DNA of 63,570 nt, counting the filler, from Phoronis australis (taxonomy: Eukaryota; Animalia; Phoronida), in assembly GCA_002633005.1 (NCBI GenBank). It is 3 parts of 3 records of this genome, joined end to end, with 100 filler letters (N's around TTAATTAATTAA, not from the genome) between each part and the next. Parts side by side here need not be neighbours in the genome. Positions count along the whole stretch, not along the records: positions 1 to 7,155 come from NMRA01002066.1; positions 7,256 to 34,648 come from NMRA01000268.1; 1 more part is not named here. The stretch is one strand, 5' to 3'. Both the position numbers and the translations under genes were made by a program. This document shows, piece after piece, positions 1 through 11,460 of the stretch; the first letter of the stretch is position 1, and the number at the start of each line of letters is the position of its first letter. The notes beneath the pieces were generated by a model. The model was given only the letters and a program-made list of their open reading frames with translations, was not told where the DNA came from and searched no databases.

Positions 1-1410
1 TGCTGCAAAAGATGTCGATTCGGACAGTATGCACATGGAGTTATCCGTCGATAAAACAGGTAGTTAGCCTTGTTTATCTCCCTCGTTTTGTTATTCACTT
101 GGCTAACAGTTTAATATGCAAAAACATTATTGTTTTGTCGCCTGACTTCATTTATAACACAGTGTTCTGCTTCATCAGAACTGTATGACATTTTTATATA
201 GGTCGGAAAGGCATCAAAAACAAATTAGTTTACGCTGGAGAGGTTTGTTAATATTAATCGGGAAACATTGATTTATTCGTATCAGAAGGTGGTCAGTTGT
301 TGTGGCCTTCAAAAATGGCACTGTAATTCTACTAAATATCAATTTTACTTTAGTATGAAAACGAAACTGCAGGGTGAGAAACATACGTGCTGTTTAGACC
401 CCTATTTGAGGAACGTACTGGACTCGCTCGAATCAGGTGGTCAATGCACAAGCTATGTATTGAAACAGTGCGGCATGCGGATCTACGGAGAATGAAAGAA
501 TTTGTGACATCTGCAGCATTTATAAGACTGAATTCGACATTCATTACATGTGTCCATGTGGGTGATGTGCGCCGACATTTGCTGATGAAAATTATAGGAC
601 GTCAATGCAAGAGCTAGTAGATACAGTAGCATGTTTCTTAGTCATGATTCTTGTGAATTAAAATGTTTAGCGGTCTATATTTCAAGAGCAAATGCGCTAA
701 CTTAAAGCTGCGCTTTCATCATTGTAAAGTTAAGTGCACTGTAAATTGTATATGAGGCCAAAGCCTACATGCAATAGTAACATTTCCGATAGTAATGTTA
801 TCCGTCGGTATGGTCGTTTAAGGACGTTCCATTTAAAATTTGTATAATTCTTGGTAAGTACCAATAGCAAAATCCATTGAGGTTGTCGGAACTGTTTTAA
901 CAGCCGCATTCGTGGAAATGAAGGTGCTGTGAACACACCTATTGCTAAAAAAGATACCAACTTTTAGTTAAGTTTATTTGTTAAACTTGACTCTTCCTGT
1001 TCCTTACCAGCCAGTCCCATGCAACCAACAAACTGCTAGTTTTCAGTGACAGCAATGTTTCCAGTGCCTTCCAGTGATACTTCTTTTCTTCGATTTTTCG
1101 TCCGTTATTAGATTGGCATGTTCTTACCTGCTTTGATGTACATGTACTGCCATCGACTGCTTGCTGTGTTGTCAGAGGTTTCTGGTTTCATCTGTTGGAT
1201 TGGTCAGATCACGAATAGCGACATCTGACACATCTGCAAGACACAACTCAAAAGTGATAGTCCGCGGCTAGTTTCTTCAACATTACCTCATAACGGAGCT
1301 TACACCAACACACGAACCAATCAGATGGGAGAATTATTCGCGGTTATGTAATAACACACTTGTTGAAAGTTTTGCGCTCTCCGATGTTTTATATACAATG
1401 ACATTTGTAG

Positions 1411-1524
1411 ATCTCGACGTGTACGTTAATGGCATACGTGTGGACGGGGAGTTTGAAGACAAAGAGTACACGAATGTCGACTTGACGAAGACAAACAGCT
1501 CAGCAACTGCCACCTTTATTTCAG
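1411..1524 (+). CDS. Internal exon of a MUC4/SUSD2-like (mucin-like) VWD-domain protein
   Basis: ttgtag acceptor and G|gtacaa donor, phase 1 to 1. Reads (D)LDVYVNGIRVDGEFEDKEYTNVDLTKTNSSATATFIS(G) and joins the 2510 exon in frame. Confidence 0.7.
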
Positions 1525-2509
1525 GTACAACGCATACACGTAACCCGTATTGTATCTTTCACTGACGTAATGACGTAACTTCAAGTAATTATAGACTTCA
1601 AGTGCACAGATTTGTTCGTGACAAATTTACATTATGTTTAAAAAACTTGGCGTCATAAAAATATTTTTTAGCTTCTTGAATGACCGTTTGGCTTGCATTT
1701 GTTCTGCGGGATAGTTAACTCGGGGGATAATCGAAAATGGCGTAGCAAATGAACTTTAGTTTGCCGCCGTGAAAAACAAGCTGTCACCAGCAATACATTT
1801 TGTGACGAACATCGGTGGTCCGCTTTTAGCGACCCTGGTGGCCACGACTAAAACTGTGCTTTTGTGAATTGAACAGTAAGTGATACATTTATGTGTGTTT
1901 CCTAGCGTGCAACCATTCAGCCATATGCATTTTATGTTTGGCTTGTCTATTTTAAGTCTCACTTTTGATTACTGTTTGAGTTAGAAGTCACGGTTTGATA
2001 TAAACTTAAACGATTTTATAAAGGTGGCTTAAAGTTGAACGGGTTTAACTTTTAGACTAGTGTACTAATAAAACCTGTTTTAATTCCAGTACAGACCTGG
2101 TCTAAGTCAGTTTTCTTTTCACCAACGAGTTCTACATTCCTTAGACTTCGTATTAGGATCTAAAGCCAGTTTTAACTCCAGACTCAGGTTTAATACTGTT
2201 AAATATGGCAGATTTGCACGATATACGTGCCACTGAATGATGCCGCAGTGTGCAATTACGACGCAGTTTTAGAGCGAGAATAGACCGGGCTTAATTTTTA
2301 AACCTGGTTTTGTTAAACAACCATGAGGAAATCGGCTGAAAATGTCTCAGACTTAACCATGACAAACATGATATTTCTTTATTCTGTATATCACCTGTTT
2401 CATTCTGGCGAGTACACATTTGGTGCCTCACGTTTACTATGATTTGAAGGTTGACATCGTCAGAATAATACCTATTCCTCAGTGACGTGTTGTTTGCAAA
2501 TTTTAACAG

Positions 2510-2704
2510 GATTTTCGATTGAGGTGACAGCAGTTGCTGGGACTCTGGCCATAGTGGTTAGCGGGCCCGACGAAGCCACAAACATGACGAAAGGGCTCTT
2601 AGGTGTTCTCAATGGTGACTTGAATGATGACTTTACCTATCCAAATGGGACTATCCTTAATCCAAATTCTACAGAGAGGGAGATATTCCATTATGGTCAA
2701 TCAT
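2510..2704 (+). CDS. Internal exon, VWD domain C-terminal part (MUC4/SUSD2-like)
   Basis: ttttaacag acceptor and T|gtaagt donor, phase 1 to 1. Reads GFSIEVTAVAGTLAIVVSGPDEATNMTKGLLGVLNGDLNDDFTYPNGT...IFHYGQS(W). TxGLLG.xNGD..DDF is the VWD signature. Confidence 0.85.
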
Positions 2705-2939
2705 GTAAGTAAAGACATGTTTTGGCGAGATGAAATACAGCAGCTGCAGTGGAGAATGCCTGTATCCATATACCTCTTTCTGCGCGCACCCAACCCAAAA
2801 AAATGGGGGGCTCGAACTTTTGAGAATGTAGACCTTTCATTACTAAGATTTACGGGGTACGTTCAGAGCTATGAATTGCGCATTCGCCGAATTTTGGTAG
2901 TTCCTGACATTTTTGTTGAATTTTGTCTCAAATTGGTTG

Positions 2940-3290
2940 TTTCTTATTTTCACAACCAGAAAAGTGACAATTTCGGCTACTCTCAGCAGCCAACTTCGGA
3001 AGCTATTGGACACTAGGTGTCGTAATGAAGATACTGTTTCAAACTTTAAATAGTCTATACCCCCATCATTCGTCCCTGTTCATAACTGAGACACTTTCTG
3101 ACTCAAACAGACTCTCTTATCCAACTAGAACTTAAGTTATTTCCCACTAAACTTAAGAACTAGACGGATAAGAGAGACTCTTTGGGCCAGAAAAAAATGA
3201 CTCAGTAGCCTAGCTTCCGAAGAGGGCTGGTGAAAGTAGCCGAAACTGTCTAGGTACTAACACTTTTTTGGTTGTGAAAATAAAAAATAA
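2940..3290. mobile_element. Intronic fold-back, probably two inverted Penelope-like terminal repeats with a hammerhead-like core
   Basis: 2944-3005 is inverted relative to 3211-3283, and ~3084-3138 relative to ~3149-3206. Core CCGAAGA-GGGCT...AGCC-GAAAC-T-GTC at 3217-3250. Confidence 0.45.
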
Positions 3291-3587
3291 CATATTTGTA
3301 CTCTACCAACCATATGAAATTAAGTAAGTAATTTTGCGCCGTTTTCTACTTTTTTCGAAGTTTGTTTTTCTTAAGGCGCCCACTTCGCCAAATGGTGGGC
3401 TCTTTCGAGCCCAACGCGCCCCCCTGGGTACACGCATGCCATGGGAGTGACCACCTCTTTAAGTGATCGTACTTCATTAGCACACTTTGTCGTGTCTATC
3501 CTTGTATTTACTTTTACGGAGTCAACGTGGCTTACACATTTTGTCTTTAGATAAGTACATTTCATAAATCTACTGCCATATTTTTAG

Positions 3588-3824
3588 GGATTCTACGTTC
3601 TGCCGGACTGTTTCTGTATAGACAGGGTGAGACCCAAGAAACCTTTCGAGACGATAACTTTATACCAACGTTCTCCGATGAGATCATCGTCACTGACGAG
3701 ATGAAAAGTGTGTGCGGTGATAATGTAGAGTGCCTGTTTGATTTCTCTCAAGCCGATGATAGGACCCTAGCCTTGTCAACAAAAGACATTGAAGATCAAG
3801 CTGAGAAACTAGAACTGGCGTTGT
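3588..3824 (+). CDS. Internal exon, post-VWD cysteine region (MUC4/SUSD2-like)
   Basis: tttttag acceptor and T|gtaagt donor, phase 1 to 1. Reads WILRSAGLFLYRQGETQETFRDDNFIPTF...VCGDNVECLFDFSQADD..., with the CGD..C.FD motif that follows VWD in this family. Confidence 0.85.
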
Positions 3825-4630
3825 GTAAGTCACAAGAAATCATTTGTAGAAGCTGATGGCATGCATTCTCCTCTGCGCGTGTATGCATTTGTTCCGCCTT
3901 TGGGGTGATTTTGCTGGGAAAATTAAAGTTTGCGTACAAACCAAAAAATACACGTTTCCAGAAATAGGCAACCACACAAGCGAAATGTTTTAGGTAAACG
4001 ATAACACTCTTATAGACTTATATATGTATTAGATCCTCATTTGCTTTATAAATATAATAAAAGGGAATTCTCAATTTGGGATTGGTGCATTTTTGTTGTT
4101 TTTAATGAAACCGTGGCGACAAAATGGGTACAAAAATGTGTTGATGGTGAGCGCCTCACGTCGAAATAAATCGAACAAATTTTCATGAAGCGGAAACCAA
4201 TTCCACAAGCGAATGAAAATGGATGTTTTCGTTTTTAGTAGCATTGAATTTGAAATCATCGTCCGCTTATGTACAACACCGCCACTGTGTCGCCGTTTAT
4301 AAGCAAATCTGCGGATGCAAAGGTGATTGGAAAATCAACATTGTGTTTCCTCCCATTTTTATCCACAATTTTTGTTAAAATCAACGAATTTACGTCATAT
4401 AAGATTCACGCGTTCCCTCAAATTATTTTTTGTTTGATTATGATGAAGAGATTTGATTTCTTAAATTGTGTTTCACTATAGTCAGATATGCTCGGAAACA
4501 ATTGCATCCTCGGCGAATGCCATTTGAAGCGACACCTATTATTTTCACGGGAATGCGCATTGTTTCATGAACGGAAAACATTATTTCTATCTACACGTTC
4601 GTGGTTATGTATATTGGTGGTTCATTTCAG

Positions 4631-4859
4631 CGAGGACAGCGCCGACTTTGTCCGGCACGAATCAAGTGAACGTTACAGTCAACGAGACGGTCGAGATAAC
4701 GATTGTGGCATCAGACGCAGACGGAGACGAGTTTGTAGTGGAAATCGTGGATCCATCTCTCCTACCGCCTGACCTTAACTTCACAAATACAGTAATTACT
4801 GCTAGTGGGACAATAAGCGTAAAATGGACTCCTCGATCTGTAAATGGAACATTAATTGC
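4631..4859 (+). CDS. Internal exon, cadherin/Ig-like beta-sandwich of the same mucin-like protein; later exons not found before the gap
   Basis: catttcag acceptor, phase 1, in frame with the previous exon. Reads SRTAPTLSGTNQVNVTVNETVEITIVASDADGDEF...VKWTP. The donor (gc|gtacgt) is less certain. Confidence 0.7.
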
Positions 4860-5734
4860 GTACGTATATATGCACTCAAATTGCAAATCAAAATTAAACG
4901 ATGGGGTAGCAATTATAATGCATTGCAGGAAATTACTTTAACTAAAGTGCAGCTTATGGAAAATTAAGGGCACTGCGTCATAGCCAAAGGGGTCCATTTC
5001 ATCCAAACCATTTCAGAAATCGTGACAACCGGGGGTGGGGTTGGGGGTTCAAATATTCTATGACCAGCAGGAGCAGCAACAGCTCGAAAGATGGGGGTAA
5101 CGAGAAAATGTAAACCTTAACTGTGACGACCGGCGTGAACATATTTACAGCCAAGGAAGGACCAGCTCATGTTATGGAGTTCCTATAATTGTAGAAGCTC
5201 CATGTCACGTAATAATCAGAACACGACAACAGATTACATGGATATTATTTTCTGTATTGAAATGCCCTAGTTTTTTCTTCAACCATGTACAATTTTCATT
5301 GTTAAATATCTTGCTTTTCCACAATCCACTGTGAGTTATGAATCACCACCACTCTTTATTTTCATTATATGTGCGATGTTCATTTATGAGGCTAGGACAA
5401 ACCATTTGCTTACTATTCCGCGTGTTCTCATCTAGGGCATTGAGCATTACATGGTCGATTCACTAATCACTCAGCAACCACAAACTCGTCAGATCGTATC
5501 TAAAGCCCACGTGTATCACCTAGCAAGGCCTGTTAGTGTTGCAATGCCACTGATGCACATTTATTTTATAAATGTTAAAACTGAGCCGCTTTGACTTTTC
5601 TCTGATCAACACCTCAAGGAGTACTCTTTTAAAGCACAGCTGTGGTTGTTTTACAGGAAGCCTAATTTGGATGTGTCCAAGCCATCACGACCTTAGGGGA
5701 ACTTTCCTCATCGATGCGTGAACTTATTTTTACC

Positions 5735-6870
5735 TTTTTTATGCGCCCACATATTTATATGTGGACGCATTATGCCGTCATCTCCGTCCGTCCGTCCGTC
5801 CGGGCGGCGTCCGTCCGGCGTCCGGCGTCCGCTGCTTTATCTCCAAAACCCTTTGACATACGTTCATGAAATTTGGCACATATGTTCCATTCGTGAATGG
5901 GACGGCATATGCCAACTTTCGGACGGATCCGACTACCGGTGTGCCCCCTAGTGGCAGTTTTAGTTTTTTACGCTTACCTTTGTATTTTCAAAAGTCCTGA
6001 ACGGATTTTCATGAAATTTGGTATGTAGGCACCTATTAGTGAGATGACGCTATCCTCCCGTTTTCAGATGGATTCGACATAGTTTGCGCCACCTAGTGGC
6101 CATTTTTAGTGTTTTCGAATCTATTTTTGTGCGTCCACCCTCTATCAACCAAACCGCTCAAAGGATGATTGTGAAAATTGGCATGTTTATGCTTACTATG
6201 TAGAGGATGATTGACGATGATTTTCCGACGATTTCGAATACTGTGGCGCCTCCTAGTGGCAGTTTTGTTTTTTTGCGCCTATGGCTGTATCTCCTAAACC
6301 GTTCGCAGGATCTTTACGAAATTGTGTAAGTATATTTATATGATGTTAACAACGGAAGATGACGACTTTTGGACGGATCCGACTACCGGTGTGCACCCTA
6401 GTGGCAATTTCAATTTTTTTACGCTTACCTTTGTATCTTCAAAAGTCCTGTATGGATTTTCATGAAATTTGGTATGTAGGCACCTATTAGTGCGATGACG
6501 CTATCCTCCCGTTTTCGGATGGATTCGACCTAGTTTGCGACACCCAGTGGCCATTTTTACTGTTTTTGAGTTGTTTTTGGCGTCCACCCCTCTATCAACC
6601 AAACTGCTCTAAGTATGATTGTGAAAATTGGCATGTATGTTCTTACTATGAAGAGGACGGTTGACGCTGAATTTCCCATGACTTTGATTACTGTGGCGCC
6701 TCCTAGTGGCAGTTTTTTTGCGCCCATGGCTGTTTCTCCCAAACCGTTTGCAGGATCTTTACTAAATTTAGCAAGTGTATTTATGTGATGTTGACAACGG
6801 ACGATGACGACTTTAGGATGATTCTGACTGCCGGTATGCCTCTAGTGGCAATTTTAGTATTTTACATTGA
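5735..6870 (+). mobile_element. HINE/Helentron-like non-autonomous element with a central tandem array
   Basis: T-run, then hairpin ATGCGCCCACATA-TTTA-TATGTGGACGCAT (5741-5770), a (GTCC)n microsatellite, and ~150-bp subunits (CCTAGTGGC motif) arranged as ~450-bp units (GGACGGATCCGACTACCGG at 5921 and 6371, degenerate at ~6816). Confidence 0.7.
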
Positions 6871-7155
6871 CCTCTGTATTTTCACAGGTCTTCATGTGTA
6901 TACTTTGTGTTACTTTGTGACTATGAAGGAAAAGTTCCAAGTAGAAATTTGTTTCTGGCATTCTAATGATCTGCTAATCTCGTATGTTGGTATTTTTGTT
7001 TTTAATTCTATGTTTCCGTGGTGCTTTAAGCAACTGATGTATAGGATGTGCTTGTATTACGAAGATCACTCACATTTTTCCCCTAGCCTATTGAGGAGAC
7101 AATGACCATGCCTTTCCATTTCGCAAAGTACAACATACTACATATATGCCCTCTA

Positions 7156-7255
7156 NNNNNNNNNNNNNNNNNNNNNNNNNNNNNNNNNNNNNNNNNNNNT
7201 TAATTAATTAANNNNNNNNNNNNNNNNNNNNNNNNNNNNNNNNNNNNNNNNNNNN
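7156..7255. other. Artificial assembly gap with six-frame-stop linker
   Basis: 44 N + TTAATTAATTAA (7200-7211) + 44 N, identical to the gap at 34649. Confidence 0.97.
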
Positions 7256-8020
7256 AAATAGAATTTATAAGTACATGGACAAATTGATTCACCCCGATCA
7301 GACGTCATTACCTAAAAGGTGTATTAGCCAAAATATTCGATTAGTTAAAGATTTGATGAAATATTACAAACAAAATAAACTTGATGGCCAAATTATATTC
7401 CTGGATTTCAAGAAAGCATACGACACCTTAAATTTGGATTTATTGTTCAAAATTTTAAAAGCCCTCAATTTTGGACAAGGGGTATTAAGTAAAATAAAAA
7501 TTTTGTATAACAAAATCTCATCCTGTGTGTTAAATAACGGATTCACCACTCGGTACTTACGAGGCTTACGACAAGGTGATCCGCTGTAAAGTCCCCTTTT
7601 TGTGTTATGTGCAGAACTTATGTCACATTTCATTAGAAAGAATTATTTTCATGGTTTAAAAATGTACAATAATGAAATCAAAATAACCCAGTACGCGGAA
7701 GACACCATTTTGTTCATTCAAGACGAGAATTCCGGAAAAGAATGCTTTAAATTTTTAAAACTATTTGGAAATAATTCTGGCTTACATTTAATTCCTGAAA
7801 AGTGCGAAGGTTTATATATTTCTGCCCGAGGTTGTGCCCATTGTCTTCAAAAAATGTACAATATCTCTTGGCCACGGAAACCTATAAAAAGTCAAGGACT
7901 ATATTTCGGTCAAATTGGCAAAGCAGTGGAACAGCTAAATTACGGTAATAAAATTCAGAAATTAAAAGATCACCACGGGGAGGATTGATGTTGTAAAAAC
8001 TTAAGCTTTGTCAAGGTTGG
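7256..8020 (+). mobile_element. Decayed LINE reverse transcriptase fragment (L1/Tx1-like)
   Basis: LIHPDQT..ISQNIRLVKD..FLDFKKAYDTL..GLRQGDPL, disrupted, then ITQYAEDT (degenerate YADD) and KCEGL..ISWP..PIKSQG. Confidence 0.88.
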
Positions 8021-8072
8021 TTCACGTTTTAGCCCATATCGAAGTTACAAAAAATAGGATTATAGAAACCCT

Positions 8073-8402
8073 TTGTCTCTGGCCCATGACATAATTTCGT
8101 TTTCCGAGTCTATACTCCAGTCTTACCCTTCTGTGCAGTCGGTCATCATCGGCATGGTGTTCCTCCGTTTCCATGATGACGGCACTTTTAATACGCGTTG
8201 CCAATCCCTTAACTTTCACCTCCTCGCCGACCATCCCACAGTCTTTCTTTGGACCCATAGGGGTGGGTTCTGGCAAGACCCCGCTTTACACCTTTACCGC
8301 CCCGACCTCATTCACCTTAACCCTTCAGGCATCCGTAAGCAAGCTCTCAGCGTCCGCTTCGCTTTCGGACATCGCTTCCGCCGCCTGGGTCTCATCTCGT
8401 AA
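8073..8402 (+). pseudogene. SGNH/GDSL-esterase-like C-terminal fragment, probably retroelement-derived
   Basis: FNTRCQSLN...VFLWTHRGGFW...LYRPDLIHLNPSGIRK resembles the SGNH block V motif DGxHL..G. The patch is C-rich and ends in a pyrimidine tract. Confidence 0.5.
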
Positions 8403-8629
8403 TTGTCCCTTATCTCATACCCCCAGTTAATTTCTTGTATATTTTCAGTATTCACGTTATTATCTTACTGTCCCATTCCTCGGTCCCCTTTCACATCTTC
8501 TTCTTTCATTACTACTTTCAGGTACGACCGTTCGGTAACCCACTGGTAGTAGTTTAGTATGTCATAATATATGTGACCTTTTATACCACAATATTAGCCT
8601 CGAATGAGTGAGATAACATTTTGGCGGGA

Positions 8630-8700
8630 AACCGAGGCCGGATTCAAACCCGGACCTCAAGAGTTGCGAGTCGCCGACTTTACCACTACACCACTCAGCG
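8630..8700 (-). mobile_element. tRNA-derived SINE head or tRNA pseudogene
   Basis: The minus strand has an A-box-like TGGTGTAGTGGT and a B-box-like GGTTTGAATCC at tRNA spacing, with imperfect stems. Confidence 0.55.
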
Positions 8701-9228
8701 GCTGACGTCATCGAACGTGAAAATAGAATACTTAAATGAGCATGCGCAACAATCGCATGTTCAGCAAAGGGCACTGCACCGAGATTTATACGCTATGAAA
8801 AATAAGACGCATAATTTCCATAAAAACGATATTTTAATTCTGTGAAATTTTTCTCTCGTGTTCTCTCCCTTGTAAATCACCGATCTCCAAATTGAATGCG
8901 GTTATCGTGTCGTCGGGATCCTTTGACTTGAGCACTATAGTCAGTTACTAGTGGTGACCTACTTTAGCAGACCATATTTTCCCGGTCGAAGCTTAGCGTG
9001 ATAAAATGTGTAGTAAGCTATAAACCTTAATTTATAGATTCACTTTATTTCTATTTTGATTAAATTTTCAATTGGTTTTGACTATAAGCATTATTTGACA
9101 AAAATAGCTCGGCTTTTTCACGAACTCCGACCCCGGGCCTCTGACATAGAAAGTAGTTACAAAGCCGAGGCGAGTCGAGAAAGGTAGATCGATTCATTGC
9201 AATGTTTCTCGTTCAGTATGTGGTATAA

Positions 9229-9387
9229 ATAGATTATTACATGTTCGCAGTCGTTATTCCCCTAGAGCCCTCGTGGATTTTGGAGAATTATCACCCTCGG
9301 GGCTAACGTCCCTCGGGCGATAACTCTCCAAAATCCACTCGGGCTCTAGATAACGGGGGATAACGACTTCGCCATGTAATAATCTAT
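9229..9387. mobile_element. Palindromic MITE (~160 bp)
   Basis: Ends are ATAGATTATTACATG...CATGTAATAATCTAT. The arms pair almost to the centre (GTGGATTTTGGAGA/TCTCCAAAATCCAC), with internal CCCTCGGG motifs. Confidence 0.75.
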
Positions 9388-9392
9388 ATTTA

Positions 9393-9589
9393 TCTCATCT
9401 ACATGTGTTGTTTCACTGCAAACTAGCTTCGGTATCGCTTCGCAGTTAGCGCATATAAAAATCATTTAAGTATTAAATTATTTTATGTAAGCTATACTGC
9501 ATCGTCCTCATTATCTTGTCTCATCTACATGTGTTGTTTAACTGTAAACTAGCTTCGGTATCGCTTCGCAGTTAGCGCACATAGAAATT
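9393..9589 (+). repeat. Direct duplication of ~70 bp
   Basis: TCTCATCTACATGTGTTGTTT..ACTG.AAACTAGCTTCGGTATCGCTTCGCAGTTAGCGCA occurs at 9393 and 9519. Confidence 0.85.
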
Positions 9590-9689
9590 TAATGACTACC
9601 GCCTCAACGGAATGCGAGCAGGTCAAGCTCTATTTAACACGTGATACTCTTACTGGATTGCACAGAAAATTATTTTCGGACAACTTAAA

Positions 9690-9860
9690 GTCAAAGTTTC
9701 CAGACATTGAAATTGCACTCAAAGTATGAAGGTGACAACTGTCCATCTTCGCAGCAAAATGGGGAAACAGCGTTTAAACTGGCTGTCGCTCATCTGTATG
9801 GAAAATGAAATTCTGGACTCTGTTAACTTTGATTCCTTAGCAATTCTCCTAAAAGAAAGT
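9690..9860 (+). mobile_element. hAT transposase C-terminal dimerisation-domain remnant
   Basis: KFPDIEIALKV followed, in a shifted frame, by HLRSKMGKQRLNWLSLICMENEILDSVNFD, which matches the LRSTM.Q.RL..L.L..IE hAT motif. Confidence 0.75.
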
Positions 9861-11328
9861 TCGCAAATGCTTGCCTTGAATTCCCGGGCCCTACATTGGC
9901 GGTTCAAAAATGGCCAAATTCAAAGTATGATAAAATGAGAATCAAGCCGTTTAGTAAGTCAAAAATAGGACATACCGGTATGAATTCCATTTCGATCACA
10001 AAATAAATCAGAAAACCAGAACACGTTTCAAAATTAAATCAAAACAATCGATTTCGCAATTCAGTGAAACGGATGCTCCAAGTCATTAGACATAATTACC
10101 AAAGTACCGGCGATATAAGTCTCAATATGCCTTAAAAAGCAATTTAGTTAACAATTAATATTTCGCTGTTCCGTTTCCGCATGCGTGGTTCGTAGTCCTA
10201 CCGTCTGATTGTCATGTATCTTGAAAAGCACTTCATGAATTAATACTGTTAAAAATTTAACCTTGCTCGTTAATTATTGACGTGCACTACTTTCAGCATA
10301 TCGGTAAGTCTATTGATAAATACACGTGTACTTGTTGATGCACAATTTACGTTTTTTATTGCTATGAACATTTGGTTAGTATAAAAATGGCCCCACTGAA
10401 CTGCTGTGCCGGAAGCCTTGTATTGTTAAAGAGACCCTGGAGTTTTTGTTCATTTTCAGAGGATACTAAATTTTCTTCAGAGGGAACAATCCCAACCCGA
10501 GGATTGCTTATGCAATACATATATAGCTATAAATCCCAGGCACTAGCGAAAATCATAAAGCCAAAGAAAAATTCCGCAGACAAATGCAATACGCTGGGTG
10601 CTTAACAGTTTCAGCCCACTTATTGGCCATCCAAATTTGACCAATTGTTTATTTAATGCAAAACAGTGCTGGATCAATATTAATGCTGAAATTTTTGGTT
10701 CAGGCATTTTGGATACATTTGAAGAAAATTAAATTACTTGAATTGATAGAGAGTGGTCAACAATAACATAAAATATTGAATTTATTTCCCTATATTGCAT
10801 TGTTACATAGCATGGCACAATTAAAAATAAAAACAAGAGACCGATCAATTAAATGCAAACGTAACTTGGGTATTTATTTGTTTATCAATGGTTACAGAAG
10901 CCTGTTAAAAGTGAGAAAAAAGTTCAAATAATATGACATTGGTTAATTTATTAGAACAAGTGTATTGAGGTCTAATGATCAACTGTCAAGTCAAACGTTG
11001 GATTTTATTCAGAAAAAGACGGGTTTGCAGCCACTTTAAAATTTGTGTAAGACAGCCTCTACAAATTTATCAGATGACACTTGTTTTCTATCTTATACAA
11101 CACGATTTACATAATTTCTTAAAAGTTTTGAAGCTTATCAAAGGGAAAAATTATGATTAGGGTGAAGGGGAACGAAAATGTCTGCTCTGTAGACAGATTT
11201 AGACGTTGCATAAGTTTTCACTTGGTATCAACAATCTCTTTTATCATGAAACAAGTTCATTTGAGTGGCGGATACATAATATTGAAAGTTTTTTCATGCA
11301 CAGTCAATGAGTTACGCACCAATTAATG

Positions 11329-11460
11329 TTTTCGGCTATGGGTTGTACAGCCTTTGTTAAACTAATGATGTTGTGAATGGGTTGGACGCGCGACGTCATC
11401 CTTATCGGCCGTCTGACCCACTCGTAACATCAATAGTTTGGTAAAGGCTGTAGCCGAAAA
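11329..11460 (+). other. Long hairpin (43-bp stem) rich in G-U pairs
   Basis: Arms are 11346-11388 and 11410-11452, plus an outer pair TTTTCGGCTA/TAGCCGAAAA. Confidence 0.75.

Noticed and set aside
7200-7211. TTAATTAATTAA as a biological motif (PacI or piggyBac site)
   Set aside because: It is centred in N-runs and identical in both gaps, so it is an assembly linker.
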